Positions 52,101 to 62,015 of a stretch of 64,000 nucleotides of DNA are shown piece after piece; position 1 is the first letter of the stretch; each line of letters starts with the position of its first letter. Position numbers and translations under genes: made by a program. Origin of the DNA: Pocillopora damicornis (lineage: Eukaryota); contig NW_020846824.1 of assembly GCF_003704095.1 (NCBI RefSeq), positions 186,001-250,000 of the forward strand, written 5' to 3'. The notes beneath the pieces are model-generated. The model worked only from the letters and a program-made list of their open reading frames with translations. It was not told the DNA's origin and searched no databases.

Positions 52101-55100
52101 TTTAATGTCTCTTTATAAGAACTGACCTAAAAAATCACTAGTTTTAAGAATTGTTGAGGTAACTAATTAAACAGCGAGATGAAAATGCATTTTCAAATCA
52201 TATGTTTAAAGGGGAGATAGTGTTTTATGTTTAACATAATAACACATCAGGCTTTTATCAGGGGTCTCCATTGTAATATTAATGGTTTTGTTTGATCGTC
52301 AGTCTGAAAAGAGAAACGTTCACTGCATTTTACTTTTTTGGCGTAACAGTCAAAGGTTTGGCGAAGACGGCTTATGGGTGGCAATGCAAAAGTGCTTATT
52401 TTATAATACGTCTTTAAATCAAAGATCCTTAAAGAAAGAGGTACCACTTTCTCGATTATTGAGATAGGTTCATGCGTAGAATTAATATCCGTATTTCTGC
52501 TTTTCTCTTCATAAATATGCCGCCAGCGAATTTTGATTACTTAAAGATCATTATCGGCTGATATTTAATCGAATCATTCAAAAAGGGATGGTTAATAAAA
52601 ATTACTTTATTTTACGAGTTTTGTGGCGTTGCACTGACTTTTATTTTTTCATACTTTGAGTCCTAAAATAAAACGTTACGATAATTTAGTATGTATAAAA
52701 GAATGTAAAACTTAGTTTATTTCCAATCTCAGATTTACGGTGTCTATTTTTTCTGATCTAGAATCTGTTATTTGTGTCTTTGTCAGGTCAAAAGTTATTG
52801 CTTTAAAATTTACCCTCCTTTCCAAAGCCCAATGTATTTACCCCAGATTAGCTCTGCCATTTTTAACTTAAAAATACTATTTTTGAGCTTTCATTAACTC
52901 TTATTTTAACAAATTTTTTTCTTTAACCACTAACCTCTAATTACTTTTATCCTCTGAATATTTTATAAAAATAAATGAAGAGCCCTTCTTTTGCTTAGTT
53001 CTATGGAGAATGTTTTGCGATTGAGTGAGATATTGGAAGATACAATGGTAACGATTGATTGAAAACTGAAAAGCGAGCCTCATCTGTGGTTTTAAACTTT
53101 AATTAAAACCACAATTTGGGGTAAGACGCGATGTAAAAGGAGCGGATTGGAGATTCATTGTTTTGGCGAAAAGCTTTACGAAACAGCAACACAATTTAAT
53201 CCTTCTTTTACAAGTGAAAATTTAGGTGTCTCCTCCATTTCATTCCACTCGATGTTGCTTTAGGAACTTTCATTTCTAGAGAATATTTTTTGGCAATTTT
53301 TGTCACACGCGACAAACACTTGACACATGGTGTTTTGTATATGTAAGACTAAAATCTGTTCGGCAAGTCGCCGTGAACGACATATACATAGAACACTTTG
53401 GCCTATTTTAAAACTAGGCTTCAACTCGCCAATTTGTACAATCACTGATAAATTGTAAAAATTTTGCACGGTTTTTGAAAGGCACATGAAAGGCGAACAA
53501 AGATCGTCCCTTGCACATGTTGGAACAAACGCCTTTGGTTCAAGAGAGGTAGATTATCTAACGCAAGAAGTGCTCTTAGTAACATTTGTCTTAGACACAG
53601 CTTTTCGACCGGTTTTTCGAGTAATTTAGACCAAGCTACTGTCAAAACATCTGTGAAAATGAGGAAATGTCCTCGTTCTCAATCGAAGCTAGGTTTGGCC
53701 ACTAAGTCTAACGTGTGCAACATGCGCTGTAGGTGTATTAAAGCTTAAAGCTCTTTTCGATTGGGTGTCGTAAAACCAAAACCAAAGTAATCATTGACGA
53801 AAACCAATTAGATGAAAGGAAAATACCTTTAAAAGCCAACGAGAACTCTAAGTAAAAACAACCAAACTGCCCAAAGCGCGGGAAAACGCTGGCCACCAAG
53901 TCGTTTTGTGATTAAATTGTGTTTTGCAGCTGATTGGTCAAGAAAGTGGAGCGACGGTTCTCTAGACCAATCACAAAAAAGGGTAAAAAAAAATCAAAGC
54001 AATCCCAGATTACTTTATTTTCAATTGAAAATTGTCCCAAAATTTCACATATTAAAGACATTTCACGTATGTTGAAAAAAAACAATGCATGAATTATCTT
54101 TTTTATTTTTTTTGGTAGAACACCATGGTAACCTTACTCAAGAACAAAGATTGTTAGATCATCTGCTTCAGAACTACAGGACCCGCAGACTTATCCGTCC
54201 TGTAAAGGATCTCTCCAAACCAATTGTCATCGATTTCAGTGCTGAGTTAGTTGGCGTAGCTAAAGTGGTAAGAAAAATGTACAAATTTAAAAAGGAGCTT
54301 GGAAAAAATATTACTCCTTCGGATGCGAATGCGTAAAATTAGGCTGAGCTCAAATCCGAGCCATGTGTTATGCTGGTCAGCGAATCTCGGTTTACAATTC
54401 AAAATGTTTCCGAAATGAAATTATGTTGCTATGGTAACGTATTTAGACACAAGGATGGTCACGATGCTTAGCCCGGCACTAATTTGATGAATATCTTGAA
54501 TTATGCAGGACGAAAAAGAGCAGATAATTAAGACTCACTTTTGGATTCGCCTGGTAAGTCTGTCCCTTCCTTGCTTGATATTTGCCCAGCATGAACAAAT
54601 AATAATTATGAATATTATAGTAAGTTTTTTGTGCTCTAGTAATGTACTCTTGCAGTTTTGTGGTATTGTGATTATATAATTTTGTACAACAAGAAAATTA
54701 TAAAAAAATTATTTATAAATATGACTCATTGAGGCAAAACCTGTTCAAATAAACTGTAATTAAACGATCAGACTTGCTGGTGCTTCTGTTGTCGTTTACT
54801 GTTGATTTTTTTATCGAGTGACAGCTTTGGACGATTGTTCTTGATAAGTTATCGACTAACCATTCATCGCTGAATTGTCTAACTAATGTAGTGCGGGGAT
54901 GCCCTGCTATTCGGTAACGCCATGTTCAAGTCATTTTTTTTTTTTAAGAATAACGCTAAGCTTTTCTTCGCAGGACTGGAACAATCCTTATATGACGTGG
55001 AAACCCCAGGATTACGGAGGAAACAAGGTGATGAACATTCCTCCCGAAATGCTTTGGGTGCCTGACATCGTTTTGTACAACAAGTAAGCCTCGCTTTGAT

Positions 55101-58100
55101 GACGTCTTGAATGAGATACTGTATTTGTGCCTCGATGAATTATGGGGGTAAACTGTGGTGCTGCGTCGGTGAGAGGGTACAGCAAGGTAATTTGGTTTTA
55201 CCAACTCGGTTGAAAACTGGAAGTGGCCACCATAAAGGGTTTCTTTCGCCGAGAGAAGGGTTAACCCTCGGAACGTTAGCTTTATAGCTTTTAACATGAG
55301 GTGGTCAATTTACGTAATCAAATGAGTTGATAAAACCAAATTACCTTGTATTTGAACTCGTCTGTCTGGCGTCAATTTCGGTCTGTCTGTGTGTATGGTG
55401 TCTTTAATTTGTACTTTTCCGTCTAATGTATCGGTCTGTCGGTAGCCTGAGCTGTTTTTTTTATTTACCTTCGACCAGTCTGTGTTGATGTCAGTCATCC
55501 TTTATCTATCTGTTTGTCGGTTTGCAGCACGCATTAATGTCTTTCCGTCTTTCTTTCTTCTTCATCTTAACTATCTGTCTCTCTTTCTATCAGTCCACCG
55601 GTCATTCTGGATTTCATTGGGTCACCTGCCATTCAGAGTTTCTTCTTAAGAAACTACAAACACATTCATAACCACTAGCCTGGGACAACCTGTGTGTAAA
55701 CACAGTGTGAAGAGACATCTCTGAAATTACTATGGCTTGCTTTGAAAAAAAACTTAATTCTACGGAAGCCTTTGGATTAGCTCTCATGAACCATCTTGTT
55801 ATGTGTTTGAATATTGAAATATATCATATCTACACACGGCTTGCAGTGTTGCAACAAGTACCGGTAAAACTCGATAATTGACAGTTATTTCTCAGATCTC
55901 CTTTCAATTCAAACTTTTCTTTCCTAGGGATTCCTCTTCTGATTTTCAGCTTCCATCCTTAAAAAGGTAAAAATAGCAAGTAATCCCTCTAAATCGACAA
56001 TTCTGACCAGTTAAACGATTTTTATCCCTCTTCTCAGCGCTGATGATCGACTCAGCTTAAAAGCAACATCCGGGTTCACAACGAGCGTCAAGGTCCGCCA
56101 TGATGGAAACCAAACATGGCGGGCTCACATCATCTACAAGAGCATGTGCAACATCAACGTCAAGTATTTTCCATTTGATGAGCAGCAGTGTAAAATGGTT
56201 TTCGCCTCTTGGTCACATGATGTGAACACAATAGACTTGAGAAAAAGGAAAGGTCTGCCAGGAGAAAAAGCTGTGGCTAAAAAAGATAGAGGATCCGACG
56301 TGTTCCAGGAAAACGAGGAATGGACGGTGGAATGGATTACCATCGATAGGCACGAGGTTCGTTAAAACTGATAAATTATAACTTCCTTGCCAATTTTATG
56401 ATACATTATAAAATACTTCAAAAGGTAGGAGGAGTTTAAAAAAATTTGACCGGAATCTGGGCCCCGTTGTTCGAAGGACGATTAGCATTAACCCAGGGTT
56501 AAATTTTTAATCCGGGTTTCTTCTTTCCTTTGTTCAAAAACTTTTTGAGTGATTTTCTCTATTCTTTTAAGATCATCCAATAATCAAGTTCTAAAAAATA
56601 CGAAATATACTGAGTTTTCTTGTAAAGTTTTCAGATCTGTGACTAGATTTCACACTTACCCTGGATTATCTTAACTCAGCTTTGAACAACCAGGCCCGAT
56701 TTATGTGATGTCATTCGCAACAATCAAGACATATAGAGATAAATCAGAAATTTTCATTTTTTTTTCAAATTCCTATCAATAACTTGATTTTGGAGGGAAA
56801 AGTTTGGTAATGTTCCCACTACCAACCTTGTTCATGAAATATCTCTGATAAAAAATAAACACCACACAGTCACCAAACGTAACTCTATCAAGTCTTTGAA
56901 AACTGATATAGTTTAAGAACAAAATTATGATATCTAGGTTGGGAGAGAAACTTTCATCGTTTGTGGTACCGGTGATTGCAATAACATTTTAAATCTAAAT
57001 TTGTTGTGAACTGCGAGAAACGTACATGCCTAAACATTTTGTCAAGCTACAGCAGTAGCTTGACAAAACACCGTAAGCTTTCTCTCCATCTTGGTATCAA
57101 GCTCTTACAGAATTCTTTGCTTAATCAAGTGTGAAACTGTTTCACTTGATTTCTGAGGCGACCCATAGTAAGGTCAAGTTATTCTTCTTTCGACAGAAAG
57201 AAAACGACTGCTGCGATTTACCCGTCGCCGATTTGACCGTCACCATGCTACTGCGCAGACGCACCTACTATTACGTAATGAGCCTTATCTTGCCCTGTAC
57301 TCTCATAGCTTGCACCATCTTCCTAGAGTTTATTCTTCCAGCAGAGTCTGGAGAACGAGTGGGCCTTGGTATTACTATCCTTTTATCGATGGCCGTGTTC
57401 CAAGAACTGACCTCTGAGAAGCTTCCCTCAAGCTCTGAACACTTCCCTCTGTTAGGTGAGTGCAAGGGACCAGGAGCCGTATGTTAAGTGACAAGGGAAT
57501 AAAATATTCTCTTGCATACGATAATATAACAAAAGGGAATGTTCCTAAATGCCAGTAAAACATTAGTTCTGGCTCCCCCCCCCTTCAAAGATACGCTTTG
57601 TTAAGAAAAAGTTGTAAATAATAATAATAATAGACAACCGTGCATGTCCCTAAATACAGGTAAGGACCCCTTCTGTAGTAAATCTCGCCTACGCTTCTGT
57701 TAATACCTGTTTGATTTGCCTTTATCTAGCTATGTACTACTCAGTGTCCATCATGGAGATAGGTACAGCACTCGGCGCTACCTGCATCATTCTAAATTTT
57801 CACCACCGAAGCACAAAGATGCCGAGTTGGTTCCAAAAGATCGTGCTTGAATGGCTGGCCAAGATCGTGCGATATGAGCCCACGTACAACCGGCATCCGG
57901 CTAGCGGTGACGCTTTAAATGACAGCACGCAAAAGATAATGCAATCAAACACAACTAGTGACAGGAAAAGAAACGACGCTTTTGATTTGGAAAGAGAATC
58001 AATCGAGTATGAAATGGACCTTTTCGAGGAGGCTCGCGTGGGACGTGACCAAGTGCCTTTGGCCCAAAATGGGAACATTTCAACGAATCACGTCACCAGG

Positions 58101-58340
58101 AAGCGCTCGGTCAAACGCAAACCGCAGGACTCTGAAACCGAGACTACGGAGGTACAGATATCGGAGGCGAAGTTTCCTTTGTATGACTTCAACAAGGAAG
58201 AATTTTACAAAAAGCAATGGCAGGATGCGGCCAGGATCTTAGATCGAGTTTTGCTGTTAGCGTCGGTTGTGATTGGGTCTGTTTCAGCAATGAGTATTTT
58301 CTTGCAATCTCCTCGGATCAGAGAACTGTTTATTCCGTGA
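49167..58340 (+). CDS. Nicotinic acetylcholine receptor-like subunit 3 (vicinal CC kept, loop C tyrosines lost), 527 aa
   Basis: Exons 49167-49257, 54119-54267, 54509-54553, 54974-55083, 56038-56356, 57197-57455, 57730-58340 (1584 nt, phases consistent). Signal peptide MSPLIFTFCVLSTCALCSILAFA; motifs LWVPDIVLYN, CNINVKYFPFDEQQC, FASWSHD, ENDCCDLPV, PAESGERVGLGITILL, AARILDRV. AATAAA at 58715-58720. Confidence 0.95.
53750..54038 (-). repeat. Family C repeat in intron 1 of subunit 3
   Basis: GGGTGT..AAAACCAAAACCAAAGT..AAGCGCGGGAAAACG..GACCAATCAC matches the reverse complement of 5543-5777. Confidence 0.65.
55150..55350. mobile_element. Foldback/palindromic interspersed element in intron 4 of subunit 3
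   Basis: Arms 55183-55207 and 55324-55348 are 24/25 complementary (CAAGGTAATTTGGTTTTAYCAACTC); inner TGGCCACC/GGTGGTCA; related copy at 1528-1683. Confidence 0.7.
56457..56699. mobile_element. MITE of the same family as 16876-17081, opposite orientation
   Basis: CTGGGCCCCGTTGTTCGAAG ... CTTTGAACAACCAGGCCC; the interior is the reverse complement of the 16876 copy. Confidence 0.7.
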
Positions 58341-60469
58341 CAGAGAACTCAACACTGTGTTAGGAAAAAAGTTTTCAGGCTGTAAACCACGATTCCATGA
58401 CTATTGAGTGATTTACCTTTGCTGTGGAAATGATAGTGATGCAGCTGGGAACGATTTTGCAGGAATCACCTCGAATAAGAAGGTTCTCCATTGTCCAGAC
58501 GTGAAAACATTGAAAAAGACCATAAATTTTCAAGATTTCGTGAAGTCAACGATTTTGGCAAAACTTGGGTTTCAGACAATTCTTTCAAAAAAAATTGGCT
58601 GCTAAACTAGTCCTGGGCAAGAATCTTCATTTGATCGATCACATCTGGCCATCTGCATGAAAAGTACCTCGGCTGAAACTGTTGACTCATCAATGCGCCT
58701 TGTGGCACCATAGCAATAAAATTCTCAGTCATGGTTTGGTGTTACTGATGCAGAATACGTTCAGATCTTAACTGTTGGAAAAATTGGACCGTGACTGCAC
58801 GTCAAAAAGTTGACAAGACCTCCCCGAAACAAAATCCTGACAAAACATTGCCTGGAATTCAAACTTCGGAAGTGACGAATAAGGCAAACACTATATTCAA
58901 TGTCTAACGAAAAGGTAAATTTTTATTTGTAAGAGACAAGGTCTGAATGGTGAAAAATTTGTGCCATCAAAACCTCTAACTAGAAAAAATGAACGGTCGT
59001 TGACTAATAGATAAGAACTCGTAAAAAACAGAGTACATTTTAACCTTGAGTTCGAAGATAAGAGAACTCTGCGACATGTTGCATTGTTTTTTCAATAGAA
59101 GAGAGAAAACAATACTCCTGTAATAGTTCAATAAGGCTTTAGGGTACATAATCACTAAAAGTAAATTGTATTGGTGGATAAGGGACTGATGAAGTTCATA
59201 TCATTACAATGGAAAGTTCACGGATTTTTAAAGAAGAAGTGGAGTGTGACATGATGATTAACAAGCAGGAAGTGACAACACTAACAGATAAAACCCACTT
59301 TGAGGTTTCCAGATCAGTTACACTTTAATTTATAGAATTACCAAGCTGCATTCTGATTAGTTGTTAGGATAGAACAAGGCAAGTCACATGACAAATCATT
59401 CAGCCTAGGAAGAATCTTGATGAAATCAAAACAAGGTTGTTTAGTTCATGATCAGTATTATTGTGCCGCATTTTAAAATATTATATAGAGTAATAGTATC
59501 GACCCATGTGCTCGATTTCCGTCGTTTTCTCAGAACTGTCTTCCGATCTTCCAAGAGATTATTAACTTGGATCGTCCGAAGAAGTTTTGAAGAAGAGCGC
59601 GGGCTCGTTTCCCGATCAGCGACTGGTAATAGGTTCTAATAGACCCATCAAAACTGCTGTAACACAGTGGTCAAACGTCGAGCATGCGCAAGGGATCAAT
59701 TTTAGCCAGTCGAACGCCAATTTCTCGCTCAAAATTTCAAAGGAACACGTAATCCATCGCAAAATAAGCTGAATAAAATTGAAATGTTCAGGAAAATCTG
59801 TAAAAGGAACCAAAAGTAGGGAAAAAGAAAAACTCTTCAAACACGAAGGGTTTTCAAGTACAGTTATTTTGTTTAACATTATGTTTTAAGCTTTACCAAA
59901 AATGTTACGTGCTTTTAAATCACAGTGACTTACCAGATGGGGTTGGTTGTTTGTACTTCGTGTGAGGCGATTTGGTTCTGACAGCCACCTTATCATTACA
60001 ACATTCGCGCATGCGCAGACGTTTGACCGCTTTGTTAATTGCAGTGGGCTGTCATATCTGTTATAGTGTAATAAGTAAATTTGTAGGTTTTTCATAAAAG
60101 TTTAAATGTAAAAGACAAAAATACATAGTAACGAAGGCTGGCCGCAGGGAAACAAAAGAGTTTTATCCAGAACTTGATTATTTTTAAAAGATATATTGAA
60201 TTGACATGTAAAAATGCATCCTCATTGAGTATTTTTACAACTTCATCATTGTACAAAGAAAGGTGTTGGAGCTGAATTATATGTCACGTGAAGGAAGTGC
60301 ATGACCAACGAAGTATGTTAACAGCCGTCGTGCTTTTGCGTGCGTGTGTGAGAGTGTATGCGTGCGGGCGCACGTGTGTGCGTATCCGCGCCCGCTTTGG
60401 TGAAAAGATAGAGCGAACGCGCAAGGACTAACGCGAAGGGGAGACTTCAGCTTGTGCACTTGTCATTTC

Positions 60470-60802
60470 AGCTGCAGCTCACATTTCGCTCGCGCAGTAG
60501 CGCTATGGACGATGATTTAATCGAAGCTTTGACCAACACGGAAATATGGATGAAACAAAAACTCGGTTTTCAGCATTTGTGAAAACCGTGACTATGTTGT
60601 TAACTTGAAAGAAGAACTTTTGTCTGACCATTAACTGTATTACTATCTCCCCCGCTGTTGGAAGCCGGTGGAAGCTCGGGGATCATGACGGGGGCAGGGC
60701 AACGGGATGCGTTCGGCGGAATAGGGATGGTGGTTGGGTTTCTGAAACAGGGGCTGCTTTGGAAGGACTGGACGGACAGGGAATATAAGTCAACTTTCTC
60801 AT
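60470..60802 (+). other. Probable first exon of a further gene running beyond the window
   Basis: CpG/GT-rich promoter-like block at 60325-60440, a G-rich segment, the donor CAT|GTAAGC at 60802/60803, then a T-rich intron-like tract. An ATG at 60685 is open to the donor, but the product is unrecognisable. Confidence 0.35.
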
Positions 60803-61983
60803 GTAAGCAGTGATTTTTTTTTGTTTTTTCGGGTTTTTTTTTTCGGTGCTTTTTTTCTAACCGTTTAACAGAACATTAGGATCAACGTCTCATTGTCGCC
60901 TTGACTAGGAAGGTTTTTCACTGCTGCAAAAAGAGTTCGATGAAATCTTGATAAATTTAACACCGTCCAGCTTTCATTTAAACATTAAAAACACTTGTGT
61001 TATATATTCATTCATTTGCTTGGTTATGAGGCCTTTTTAACAACCCGATAAAACGAGAGCTAATTAGTAAGGTTTTGTATTGAGGTTGCAAACCAACGGT
61101 AAATATTGATATATAAAGCTCATACATCCTGGGTCTCTGTGTACACAGCTTCACTGAATTTAACAGGCCGGTATTTCAAGAGAACCAGTGTTGCCATATA
61201 AACGATTAAAAGCTTCTATAATATCCAACGCCGAGTCAGTGGCATCCGAATGAGATCCGATAAAAATCTCACAGGGAAGAATTATTTATAAATGAAACAA
61301 CGAGCGGGGAAATGAAGAAATTTTTTCTATCTGACGAGAAAGAAAGATTTTATTCAATTTATACAGCTCTCAAGTGAATTGAGTTTCAGCCAATCATAAG
61401 CACGCTTTCATCAATTCTTGAATTGTAGATAATTGGGATAAAGTTTTATCACACCAAGTTGTTATTTCGAATCTATCATTTAGTTCAGACGTAGTTTCGA
61501 ACAAAGAAAGGCAAGAATGAGGGCGCAATAATCTTAGAGCACATCTCTCATTAACTCTGGGTGATGAAACCACGCAAGGTGAGTTGAGTCTAATTATAAT
61601 AGGATTTTTAGCAATGTATTCAACGGTGGGTTGTTAAAAAAAAAAAGATGGAAAGGAAGGAAAAAGATAAAAGAGCAAGAATATATCTCTTATCTATGCA
61701 TCAGTAACGCCATCTTATATTAGCACTTGCCTTCCAATATCTTATGAGGAAAAAAATGTTCACTTTTCGCTGCTTCTAATATCAAGAATATTCAGCTCCC
61801 TCGCAAGTTTTTCAACGAATCGCTAAATAATCATTTTGTTATGTCTGATTTATTCTTTATCAGCAATGACGTATTAAGGAGACTGAATTTGGTGTAGTTT
61901 CCGCATTTTGTAAGTGATTTTTTTTTTCTGCGATAATGGAACAATTTTTGCTAAGGTGCCAAAGGTTCTGTATTATTATAATT

Positions 61984-62015
<32 letters not shown>

